The position numbers and the translations under genes were made by a program. The notes under the pieces were generated by a model. That model ran no database searches. It worked only from the letters and a program-made list of their open reading frames with translations, and was not told the origin of the DNA. Source: a virus (Duplodnaviria; Caudoviricetes). From it: 62,746 bases of DNA. Within the stretch, counting starts at the first letter, position 1. Every line of letters starts with the position of its first letter. Below, one piece after another: positions 1 through 8,809 of the stretch. The stretch spans positions 1 to 62,746 of the IMG/VR virus record IMGVR_UViG_3300044971_000798, one strand, 5' to 3'.

Positions 1-435
1 TGGCTTGAAAGCATCCGCTACCAGATCAACACCAACCCGATCACAACGATGGAATTCGTTTCTCCTGATCAGGCGGCGATGTTGAAGGGTGCCAACGGGA
101 CCACCGGAAAGCCGATCTATTATACGCAGATTGGCCAGCAGTTTCAGGTTGTCCCGGCGCCGGATAGCGGGTCTGCCTATACTGGCGAGTTGACCTATTA
201 CGCCACGATCCCCGCGCTTTCGGTTTCCAATACGACGAATTGGCTTTTGACGGATTCTCCTGATCTGTACCTTTATGGCGCGCTTTTGCAGGCTGCGCCG
301 TATTTGCAGGACGATCAGCGTATTTCCACATGGGGCACGCTTTATGAGCGGTGTCTTAACGATCTGAAGGTTTCCGATGAGCGGAGCCGGATGGCAACCA
401 GTGCCCTTCGGATGCGGGCAAGGAGTTTTGGCTAA
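1..435 (+). CDS. Head-tail adaptor/neck protein, 5'-truncated (foreign segment)
   Basis: Frame is open from base 1 (WLESIRYQ...). TNWLLTDSPDLYLYGALLQAAPYL resembles podovirus adaptor proteins and 16325-16978. Confidence 0.65.
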   Translation, partial: WLESIRYQINTNPITTMEFVSPDQAAMLKGANGTTGKPIYYTQIGQQFQVVPAPDSGSAYTGELTYYATIPALSVSNTTNWLLTDSPDLYLYGALLQAAPYLQDDQRISTWGTLYERCLNDLKVSDERSRMATSALRMRARSFG

Positions 436-827
436 TGACCACGAATGCCTTCACCAATTATCTTGAAAACAAGATAATGGCTTATGTGTTTTCTGGGACG
501 GCTTATTCTTCGCCGTCTGCCAGCCTTTATGTCGGGCTGTTCACCGCTGCCCCTGGCGAGGGTGGTGGCGGTACGGAAGTTTCCGGCAATGGTTACACCC
601 GCAAACAGGCGACGATGACCACCAGCGGTAACGCCAGCACCAATAGCGGGGCTATTGAGTTCGATACGGCGACGGGTTCCTGGGGCACGATTACCTATGT
701 TGGTATTTTTGATGCTTCCACATCTGGGAACCTGTTGGCTTACGGGGAACTGACCACCAGCAAGACCATTGGCACGGGCGACGTTTTCCGCATTCCGGCT
801 GGCGATCTCGACATTACCTTGGAGTAA
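435..827 (+). CDS. Virion/tail structural protein (foreign segment)
   Basis: 130 aa; NYLENK...LYVGLFTAAPGE...WGTITYVGIFDA is a common phage tail-associated family; overlaps the upstream stop. Confidence 0.65.
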   Translation: MTTNAFTNYLENKIMAYVFSGTAYSSPSASLYVGLFTAAPGEGGGGTEVSGNGYTRKQATMTTSGNASTNSGAIEFDTATGSWGTITYVGIFDASTSGNLLAYGELTTSKTIGTGDVFRIPAGDLDITLE

Positions 828-832
828 TCTAA

Positions 833-1414
833 GTGGCTGGTTATGGCAGCGGCTTATATGGGCGAGGTAATTACGGCATAGACCCCAAAGAGGGGGCGGC
901 TGTAATTGACGCCATTGCTGATGTCACCAGTGTTGGGGTTCGTATTCAGCAGGGCGGTGTTGCCATTGATGGTTCCGCCACAACTGTTTTTGCTGGGCAG
1001 GTAGTTTACGGGACTACTATTTCTATAGATGCTATTGCCTCTCTTGCGGCGGATTCTCAGTTAATTCAGCAGGGTTCCGTCAATATAGAGTCAATAGCTT
1101 CTGTTGATGTATCTGGACAACAAATATATCAAGTTGATGTTACTATCGAAGGGGTTGCTTCGGTAGAAACTAATGCCATTGTCATTTATACTTCTTCAAC
1201 AGTTATCGATGCTTCCGCTAATATGGAAATCAATGGCGGAATCATTCAAAGCGGGGCCGCTGAAATCCAGGCATATTCTGAGTTTATAGCAAGTGCGATT
1301 TACAAATGGGAGCAAATCCCAGATGGCACGAAATCATGGACCGGAGCGCCTAATTCCTCTACAATATGGGTGCCCATTGCAGCAACTTCAGAAACTTGGA
1401 CGAGGGTTCAATAA
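833..1414 (+). CDS. Beta-rich repeat virion protein (foreign segment)
   Basis: YGSGLYGRGNYG N-terminus, ~19-aa beta repeats, Trp-spaced C-terminus; tail-gene context. Confidence 0.55.
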   Translation: MAGYGSGLYGRGNYGIDPKEGAAVIDAIADVTSVGVRIQQGGVAIDGSATTVFAGQVVYGTTISIDAIASLAADSQLIQQGSVNIESIASVDVSGQQIYQVDVTIEGVASVETNAIVIYTSSTVIDASANMEINGGIIQSGAAEIQAYSEFIASAIYKWEQIPDGTKSWTGAPNSSTIWVPIAATSETWTRVQ

Positions 1415-2677
1415 ATGGCTGACACCACAACCCCCAACTTAGGGCTTACAAAGCCAGAGGTTGGCGCGTCTGCTGATACTTGGGGGACTAAGACGAACGA
1501 CGATTGGGACAAGGTTGATGCGGTCTTTGCCGCGGGCGGTACTGGCACATCGGTCGGTTTGAATGTCGGGTCCGGTAAGATAGTGGTCGTGGCTGGAACG
1601 TTGAATGCGACCGGCACGGTCAACCTTGATACCTCTGTCGTGATCAACGAAAGCGGCGCGGACAAGGATTTCAGGGTCGAGGGCGATACCGACGCGAACC
1701 TGCTCTTTACCGATGCTTCGACAGATCGTGTCGGGATTGGGACGGCATCACCAGACGCTGCGCTAACCGTGAATACCGTGGCATCTTTTGGTGCGGGAGC
1801 GGCGGCGTTGCCGTCTATCGCAGCTAAGGGCGACCTCAATACAGGCATGTGGTTCCCTGCTGCTGACACTATTGCTGCTAGCACGGGCGGCTCTGAACGC
1901 ATGCGTATCACGAATGGCGGCAACGTGGGGATTGGGACGAGTTCGCCTTCGGCATACGGCCTGACAGTAAGTAAGGCTTCTGGTGCCGCAGGAATGCAAA
2001 TTGCGTCAGGGGCTAATAATTCTGACTTTGTAATGAGTGGAACCGATTTATATATAGCAAATAATGTAGCGGGAACAATTCAATTTTATATTAACTCCGC
2101 CGAACGCGCCCGCATCACCGCTGGTGGTCGCATTGGCATCAAGACCTCGGTGCCGACTTCGTTGCTCACGATCAGCACGCCGGGCGACACAGAAAACATT
2201 ACAAAATTGACGATCAATGGGTACGGCGACTTTCGCGGCTACGGCTGCATCATGCAGCCGAATAATGATACCAATTGCGTGCCGTTCCTTTTTACAAATG
2301 CGGCAGGAACTATTGTCGGGTCCATCAGCACAAATGCTAGTGGAACCTCATTTACTACATCCTCCGACTACCGCCTCAAGCACGATGTGCAGCCGCTAAC
2401 CACCGGCCTTGCCACCATCGCTGCGCTTAAGCCGTCAACCTACAAGTGGAACGCTGACGATAGCCACGGCGAAGGCTTTATCGCGCACGAACTTGCGGAA
2501 CACATCCCGCACGCCGTGACCGGCGAGAAGGACGCGGTGAACGCTGACGGCTCCATCAAGCCGCAGGCCGTGGACTACAGCAAGATCGTGGTCCACCTCG
2601 TCGCCGCCTTGCAGGGACTGAAGGCCGAGAGCGACGCCCTCAAGGCCCGCATCGCAACTCTGGAAGCCCGCCAATGA
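1415..2677 (+). CDS. Tail fibre with C-terminal intramolecular chaperone (peptidase S74); the part before 1917 probably belongs to another phage
   Basis: [18 protein letters not shown] anchor, VGIGT repeats, SDYRLK autocleavage motif, GFIAHEL, terminal coiled coil. Confidence 0.85.
   Translation: MADTTTPNLGLTKPEVGASADTWGTKTNDDWDKVDAVFAAGGTGTSVGLNVGSGKIVVVAGTLNATGTVNLDTSVVINESGADKDFRVEGDTDANLLFTDASTDRVGIGTASPDAALTVNTVASFGAGAAALPSIAAKGDLNTGMWFPAADTIAASTGGSERMRITNGGNVGIGTSSPSAYGLTVSKASGAAGMQIASGANNSDFVMSGTDLYIANNVAGTIQFYINSAERARITAGGRIGIKTSVPTSLLTISTPGDTENITKLTINGYGDFRGYGCIMQPNNDTNCVPFLFTNAAGTIVGSISTNASGTSFTTSSDYRLKHDVQPLTTGLATIAALKPSTYKWNADDSHGEGFIAHELAEHIPHAVTGEKDAVNADGSIKPQAVDYSKIVVHLVAALQGLKAESDALKARIATLEARQ
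1917..2043 (+). repeat. 127-bp exact repeat of the contig end (62620-62746)
   Basis: gcggcaacgtgggg...atgagtggaac is identical at both places; first mismatch at 1916/62619. Confidence 0.97.
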
Positions 2678-2820
2678 AACTCGACCTTTCTCTCAACGAG
2701 ATCAACGTCATCATGCAGGCGCTGGGCAACATGCCCTACGCTCAGGTGTTTGAGCTTGTAGAGAAAATCCGCACCCAGGCGCAGGCACAGGTGCAAACCA
2801 CGGAGCAAGCAAATGGCTAA
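2674..2820 (+). CDS. Small tail-fibre-associated protein (48 aa, not in the ORF track)
   Basis: [25 protein letters not shown]...; ATGA overlap with the fibre stop. Confidence 0.7.
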   Translation: MKLDLSLNEINVIMQALGNMPYAQVFELVEKIRTQAQAQVQTTEQANG

Positions 2821-3142
2821 TACCTATACCTGGGTCATTGAGGCGATGGATTGCGTCCCTCAAGAAGACGGCCAGACCGATGTTGTGATCGCCGTGCATT
2901 GGCGCTTGAATGGCACCGACGGAACCAATACTGCAACGGTCTATGGCACTGTGGGTTTGACCTACACGCCGCGTTCCCCGTTCACGCCTTACACTAATCT
3001 GACGCAGGATCAAGTTATCGCATGGACGCAAGACGCGCTTGGCGATGAACAGGTGGCGTCGCTTGAGGCTAATGTGGCGGCGCAGCTTGCCAATCTTGTC
3101 AACCCTCCGGTGGTTTCCCCGCCGTTGCCTTGGGCTGCCTGA
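2813..3142 (+). CDS. Tail-fibre assembly-like protein
   Basis: 109 aa; YTWVIEAMD...VHWRL...FTPYTNLTQDQVIAW is typical downstream of phage fibres. Confidence 0.65.
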   Translation: MANTYTWVIEAMDCVPQEDGQTDVVIAVHWRLNGTDGTNTATVYGTVGLTYTPRSPFTPYTNLTQDQVIAWTQDALGDEQVASLEANVAAQLANLVNPPVVSPPLPWAA

Positions 3143-3162
3143 CACACCTTAGTGAACGGTAA

Positions 3163-5010
3163 ATGTCTTCTCCGCAGAAAATATCACAATTAACAACGGC
3201 AGGCCCGCTTACTGGCGCTGAGCTAGTTCCTGTCGTACAAAACGGCGGCACCCTACAGACCACTATATCGGTGCTTGCCGCGTTTGTAAACGTGTCTATT
3301 CTGCCCGTCGTATCAGCCCTTCAGACCCAGATTGAGCAGGTATCAGTCCTTACTTCTATCAATGCTGAATCTATTACCTCCTTAAATGCGGTAGTATCTA
3401 CTTTTGATTCTCGTATTGAAGCCGTGTCAGCGGGCATTGTTTCGGTAAATAATGCCGTTTCTGCTTTGGAAGTCCGCGTAAGTTCTGTTTCGGCTGCGGC
3501 CTCCAATGCTTCGGCAGCCATCACATCCATTAATAATGTCGTAAGCGCGCTTGAAGTTCGCGTAAGTGCCGTATCTGCCCTGACTTCAGTTAATTCGGCA
3601 GCTATCACATCCATCAATAACGCCGTATCCGCTTTAGAAATCAGAGTCAGCGCGGCTTCTGCAACAGGTGTGGCTAACTCGGCGGCTATTACTTCTGTCA
3701 ATAACGTAGTAAGCGCCCTAGACATTCGCCTTACCAATGTATCGGCATCCGTATCGGTACTTAATGTGCAAATGGGGCAGGCGCTTGCCTCGATTTCAGC
3801 TATCAATTCAGTCCTCGCTACCATCGACACTTCCGCTATCGCGGGCCTAGAAGTTCGCGTTAGCAACCTGTCAATTGCGGTGTCCACTAACTCCGCTGCT
3901 ATCACTTCTGTCAATGCGGTCGTCTCTTTAAAAGTATTCCGCAATAATGATTTCCTTACCAACGTCCAGTTCATCGACTTCGACACTACCACAAGCTACG
4001 CGGTGTGCGCCGGGCGCCTGACATGGGACATTACGCATGGTACCCTCGATTTAGGTCTAACGGGCACCGTCAACTTGCTTATTGGTCAGCGTACCGTCGC
4101 CCAAATCTATAACAATAGCGGCGGCACACTTCCTAAAGGAAAAGCCGTAAAGGTTACGGGCGCCCAAGGCCAACGCTTGACGGGCGCACTTGCCCAAGCT
4201 GACAGCGATTCGGATAGTGCTACTATCTTTGGTATTATGCTTGAGACGGTTTCTAACCTAGGCTCAGGCTACGTTGCAACAGATGGCGTCGTCAACAATG
4301 TCGATACGGCGGCCTATACTGACGGCGACATCGTATACTTATCTCCAGTATCTGCTGGTGAACTAACTCCCGTCAAGCCAGTAGCACCCCAGCATCTCGT
4401 GCAAATTGGCTACATCGTCAAGGGCGGTTCAGTTGGCGGCGGCTCCCTTTATGTCAAAGTCCAAAACGGCTATGAATTAGGTGAACTTCATAACGTCAAG
4501 ACCTCTGCCGAAGTATCCATAGCAAATGGTGAAGTTTTGGTATGGAATGCAAGCGCCAGTGTCTGGACCAACTCGACTGCCCTGCTTGACACGCAAGCTT
4601 CTGTTTCTGCCCTGCAAATCCAACTCAACTCTGTGTCGGCTGCCGTCTCCACTAACGCTGCCGCCATCACCTCCATCAATAACGTAGTCAGTGCCCTTGA
4701 AATCCGTGTCAGTACCGTGTCGGCACGGGCGTCTGCAATTCAAGCGCAAGTCAACAGTGTATCCGCTTTGGTGTCTGCTCTTGATGTGCGCGTGGCCGCC
4801 GTATCAGCTTCTATATCGGCCCTGCAAGTTCAAGTCAACAATGTTTCAGCCGCGCTTACTTCCGCTAACAACGTAGTAAGCGCACTTGAGATTCGCGTCA
4901 GTGCAGCTTCTGCTACAGGCGCTACCAATTCAGCATCTATTACCTCCATCAATGCGGTACTAACGTCCATTCTTGCAATTCTCAATTCCAACTATCGCGT
5001 CTTAGAATAG
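3163..5010 (+). CDS. Second fibre/whisker protein with Ser/Ala/Val coiled-coil repeats flanking a globular domain
   Basis: KISQLTTA anchor; repeated ITSINNVVSALEVRVSA; central YNNSGGTLPKGKAV...YLSPVSAGELT domain. Confidence 0.75.
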   Translation: MSSPQKISQLTTAGPLTGAELVPVVQNGGTLQTTISVLAAFVNVSILPVVSALQTQIEQVSVLTSINAESITSLNAVVSTFDSRIEAVSAGIVSVNNAVSALEVRVSSVSAAASNASAAITSINNVVSALEVRVSAVSALTSVNSAAITSINNAVSALEIRVSAASATGVANSAAITSVNNVVSALDIRLTNVSASVSVLNVQMGQALASISAINSVLATIDTSAIAGLEVRVSNLSIAVSTNSAAITSVNAVVSLKVFRNNDFLTNVQFIDFDTTTSYAVCAGRLTWDITHGTLDLGLTGTVNLLIGQRTVAQIYNNSGGTLPKGKAVKVTGAQGQRLTGALAQADSDSDSATIFGIMLETVSNLGSGYVATDGVVNNVDTAAYTDGDIVYLSPVSAGELTPVKPVAPQHLVQIGYIVKGGSVGGGSLYVKVQNGYELGELHNVKTSAEVSIANGEVLVWNASASVWTNSTALLDTQASVSALQIQLNSVSAAVSTNAAAITSINNVVSALEIRVSTVSARASAIQAQVNSVSALVSALDVRVAAVSASISALQVQVNNVSAALTSANNVVSALEIRVSAASATGATNSASITSINAVLTSILAILNSNYRVLE

Positions 5011-5016
5011 CAAGTG

Positions 5017-5065
5017 GTGAGCAAGTGAGAATCCCCTTGCAACCAATCCTCACTTAATGTAGGAT
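5017..5065 (+). promoter_or_regulatory. Sigma70-type promoter of the helicase/packaging operon, overlapped by GTGAG/CTCAC pentamers
   Basis: TTGCAA(5037-42)-17-TAGGAT(5060-65); GTGAG at 5017 and 5025, CTCAC at 5049. Confidence 0.6.
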
Positions 5066-5089
5066 GTGCTTCTGATCAAGGAGCCACAC

Positions 5090-6565
5090 ATGACAGACAA
5101 AGTAAATCGCGTCCAACTCCTAAACGACGCCAAAGCTCAACTAACACCCTGGACTACCGAAGACGGGCGCCTATTTTTGGATTACACCGACATGGGCACC
5201 CGTCGTACCATGGCCATCACGCCCACGGGCAACTGCGACTTCCGTGGTTGGTTCTCCTCGTTCTGCGTCGACCAAATCAATATCGTGCCCAATGGCGACC
5301 TCGTCAACTCCGCCCAAACCTACTTCGCACACTGGGCACGTACTCGTGGCCCCAAACTGAAAGACTATATCCGCGTAGGCGGGCGCATAGGTGAACTCTA
5401 CATCGATACAGGCAACGACGCCAACGACGCATGGCGCATCACCCCCAACGGTATCGAGCTTGTTAAGGGCGGCCCGACCCACATCCGCATGCTGCGTGGT
5501 GCTGGCGTCTTGCCCCTTGCCGACCCCGACTTCGACGCTGATCCGTCCGAATTCCCTACCCTACTCCGCAAGTACATCGCCTCCGACGACGACACCCTCA
5601 TGCTGCTAACGGCGTGGCTTCTCGGCTGCCTGCGCCCCGAAGGCCCCTATCCCGTCCTCACCATATCCGGCGAACAAGGTTCTGGCAAATCCACAGTTTT
5701 GCGCCTGATGCGCCGTATCATCGACCCCCATGCCCTCGATATGCGTACCCCGCCCGAAGACCAGCGCGACCTACAAGCCATGGTTCGCAACTCTTTTATC
5801 CTGGCCTTCGACAACGTGTCCTTCATTTCCAACAAAATGTCTGACGCTTTGTGCGTTATCAGCACGGGCACGGGCGCCCAGGGTGGTCGCGCGCTCTACA
5901 CCAACGCCGAAGAATCTGCCGTCCGCGTATGCCGCCCCGTCGCCATGAACGGCATCCCCGACGTCGTCGAACGCGGTGACCTAGTAGACCGCTCCATCCA
6001 CGTTCACCTGCCCCGCATCGACCCCCGCCTGCGCCGCGACGATATGGAATTTTGGGACAGCTTCCACACAGATCACCCACGCTTGCTGGGTTCGCTTATG
6101 AATGCAGCATTGAAAGCTATGCAAAACTATGGTAATGTAGTCTTGGCTGAAAAGCCGCGCATGTCTGCGTTTGCAGTGTGGGCCGTTGCTGCTGAACAAG
6201 CTTTCGGGTGGAAGCCGGGTCGTCTTATGGAAGTCTATAAGAACAACCGCTCCGCCGCCGAATCCCAAATGCTTGAGTTCAACGGCATGGCATCCGCCCT
6301 GTTGCGTATGATGGCGAAGCAAAAGGAATTCTCAGGTACGTATTCGGATTTGATTGGACAACTGGAAATGAACATCGGCCCGCGCGAGCGTCTGCCCCAA
6401 ACGTCCCATAGCTTTGCTGCTGAACTCAAGCGCATTCGTCCCGCCCTTGAACGGCAGGGCTTGCGCTTCTTCAATGCCGGGCGCTCGGGTTCCGTGGAGC
6501 AGAAGGGGCGTTCCCGTATTTCCATTGTGCGCCAAGACGACGACGAGGATGCTACGGTTTCATGA
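5090..6565 (+). CDS. P-loop ATPase, SF3/D5-like helicase or replication initiator (no primase domain seen)
   Basis: Walker A GEQGSGKST, Walker B AFDNVS, AMNGI, DLVDRS, winged-helix-like C-terminus; SD AAGGAG at 5078 before ATG 5090. Confidence 0.7.
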   Translation: MTDKVNRVQLLNDAKAQLTPWTTEDGRLFLDYTDMGTRRTMAITPTGNCDFRGWFSSFCVDQINIVPNGDLVNSAQTYFAHWARTRGPKLKDYIRVGGRIGELYIDTGNDANDAWRITPNGIELVKGGPTHIRMLRGAGVLPLADPDFDADPSEFPTLLRKYIASDDDTLMLLTAWLLGCLRPEGPYPVLTISGEQGSGKSTVLRLMRRIIDPHALDMRTPPEDQRDLQAMVRNSFILAFDNVSFISNKMSDALCVISTGTGAQGGRALYTNAEESAVRVCRPVAMNGIPDVVERGDLVDRSIHVHLPRIDPRLRRDDMEFWDSFHTDHPRLLGSLMNAALKAMQNYGNVVLAEKPRMSAFAVWAVAAEQAFGWKPGRLMEVYKNNRSAAESQMLEFNGMASALLRMMAKQKEFSGTYSDLIGQLEMNIGPRERLPQTSHSFAAELKRIRPALERQGLRFFNAGRSGSVEQKGRSRISIVRQDDDEDATVS

Positions 6566-7278
6566 CCGACGAACCTTACGTTCCCAAAATCAGCGCCAAG
6601 AAACTTCCTGAATACTACGAACGCGCCCAGAAGAAGGCACTGGAACGTAAGGGTAACGGCCCCTCGCAAAAGGACCGGATTGCCAAGCACAAGCGTGAAC
6701 TCCGGGCCATGAACATTCATAAGCCCGGCCATGGCATTCGCGCCGAGAACGTCAAAGCCATCCGCAACCTACGCGAACACCTGCGCGAAACGTGGCAAGC
6801 TTCTTGGGACAAAATCAACAAGATCAAGAAGCTCACGCCCAAGCAAGTCGAATTCGCCCGTCAGTTCGCCTTGAATGGCCGCACCAACAAATGCGGTGCC
6901 ATGCGCCTAGCCGGATACGATAGCGTCAATCCGGCAGTGTTGCTATCCCTGGCAAACAAAAACCTATCCATCCCACACTTCCATGACCTAGTCACCGCAT
7001 TTGAAATCGAGGAGAAGGCCCGTATGAAAATCAACGTAGAAGATGTCGTCAAGTGGTTCAACGACATTGCCACCCAAGCCATGGGTTCCGGCGACTTCAC
7101 TAACGCCAACCGCGCCATGGAAAACCTTGCCAAGTACCTCGGCATGTTTGTCGAGAAGAAAGAAATCACGCACCGCACCATCCACTCCAAAGAAGAGTTG
7201 GATACCCGCATTAGCGAACTGACTGCTATCCTGCGTGAAGCCGAGCCGGAAATTGAACGCAAACTTAAAATCCACTAA
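6562..7278 (+). CDS. terS: Terminase small subunit
   Basis: HTH LTPKQVEFARQFALNG...AMRLAGY, ANRAMENLAKYLGMF; directly upstream of terL. Confidence 0.8.
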   Translation: MTDEPYVPKISAKKLPEYYERAQKKALERKGNGPSQKDRIAKHKRELRAMNIHKPGHGIRAENVKAIRNLREHLRETWQASWDKINKIKKLTPKQVEFARQFALNGRTNKCGAMRLAGYDSVNPAVLLSLANKNLSIPHFHDLVTAFEIEEKARMKINVEDVVKWFNDIATQAMGSGDFTNANRAMENLAKYLGMFVEKKEITHRTIHSKEELDTRISELTAILREAEPEIERKLKIH

Positions 7279-8809
7279 CCCCGACGCAGTCCTTCAGTTA
7301 AAGGCCGAACTGGCCGAAGCCCTCCATCAAAAGGCGATATTGGAGGCGCAGGAAGACTTTTACGTTTTCGCCAAGCTCCTCGCCCCGCTCATGCTGGACG
7401 GCAACGACTACCGCGATGGGCGCCACATTGAAGCCATTGCCGCCACCTTGCAGGAAGTTGACCGGGGCCTAGTCGACCGCCTCATGTTGGCCCTGCCGCC
7501 CGGCTCCATGAAGTCTGTTCTCCTTATGCTGTTCGCCGCGTGGTGTATGGGCCGCCACCCAACATGGCGTATCATGTGGATTTCCCACACCACCGACAAA
7601 GCCGTGGAATGTTCTGGCCGTATCCGCGACCTAGTCCGCTCCACTGAATACCAAGAAATCTTCCCCGGTGTCCACATCCGTGATGACATGTCGGGCGTCA
7701 CAAACTGGAAGCTGGTCACGGGCGGGTCCTTCATGCCAGCGGGCGCGGGCAAGTCCATCGCTGGTTACCGCTTCAACTTAGGCATCCTTGACGACCCCCT
7801 CTCGGAACAGACCGCCAAGTCCGACGTAGAACGCGAGCGAGTCAACAACTGGTATGGCCCCGGCTTCCGGTCCCGTAAGCTGCCCGACTCCCGCATCGTC
7901 CTCGTCAACACCCGGTGGCATGTCCGCGACCTTTCAGGCTACCTCCTCGACAAGGCCGCTCGCAATGCCCGCGTCGACCAGTGGGAAGTCATATCCATTC
8001 CTGCCATCCTTGACAAGCCTTCAGCCGACTACCTCATGCTGCCCGAAGGCGAGTCCTACTGGCCCGAGTTCATTACCATGGATGACCTTATCGCTACGCG
8101 CGAGGGCCTGTCACGGGCAGACTGGGGCGCCCTGTACATGCAGACCCCAACCGGGGAGGATGGCAACGTCTTCAACAAAGACGACTTCCAAGACTGGGAA
8201 GATGACGACCCACCCGAATGCGACGAAATTATCCAGACCATGGACACGGCCTTCTCCACCAAAGCCAAGGCCGACTTCTCAGTCATCCAGACCTGGGGTA
8301 TTTTCCATCTGACATATACTGACGATAAAGGCTATGAATATCAAGAGCCTAACGCCATTCTCCTCAACCAAGTGCGGGGTCGCTGGTCCTTCCCTCAACT
8401 ACGGGCAGCCGCCAAAGAGCAATACGCCCAGTACAAACCCGACCGAATCATTATCGAAAACAAAGCATCGGGCCAATCTCTTTTGCAGGACTTGCGCCTT
8501 AACAAGTTGCCCGTATTGCCTTTTCAGCCAGATCGTGATAAAGTAGCCCGTGCCCATGCCGTCAGCGGTATAGTAGAGCGGCAGCGCGTCTGGCTTCCCC
8601 TGAAGAAGCGGTTCGCCGCCGAACTCCTACAGGAAGCCCTAGAGTTTCCCAAGGGCGCGCACGACGACGCCGTCGATACCATGGTTATGGCCCTGCTGTA
8701 TCTACGTCGCCGCTACGAACTAACGCAAGAGACGGTAACACAACCCGAGCAGTTCTCCCGCCGTCGATCTTTCAAAAGCTATTGGAGCCAGATGACCCAT
8801 GTCCGATAA
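7235..8809 (+). CDS. terL: Terminase large subunit (start uncertain)
   Basis: LPPGSMKS, GILDDP, NTRWH, YMQTP; nuclease motifs MDTA, IENKASG, FPKGAHDDAVD. Confidence 0.95.
   Translation: MKPSRKLNANLKSTNPDAVLQLKAELAEALHQKAILEAQEDFYVFAKLLAPLMLDGNDYRDGRHIEAIAATLQEVDRGLVDRLMLALPPGSMKSVLLMLFAAWCMGRHPTWRIMWISHTTDKAVECSGRIRDLVRSTEYQEIFPGVHIRDDMSGVTNWKLVTGGSFMPAGAGKSIAGYRFNLGILDDPLSEQTAKSDVERERVNNWYGPGFRSRKLPDSRIVLVNTRWHVRDLSGYLLDKAARNARVDQWEVISIPAILDKPSADYLMLPEGESYWPEFITMDDLIATREGLSRADWGALYMQTPTGEDGNVFNKDDFQDWEDDDPPECDEIIQTMDTAFSTKAKADFSVIQTWGIFHLTYTDDKGYEYQEPNAILLNQVRGRWSFPQLRAAAKEQYAQYKPDRIIIENKASGQSLLQDLRLNKLPVLPFQPDRDKVARAHAVSGIVERQRVWLPLKKRFAAELLQEALEFPKGAHDDAVDTMVMALLYLRRRYELTQETVTQPEQFSRRRSFKSYWSQMTHVR

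Noticed and set aside
1415-2677. Diversity-generating retroelement or invertible fibre switch
   Set aside because: No reverse transcriptase or invertase; the repeat is exact and k-mer-sized rather than adenine-variable.
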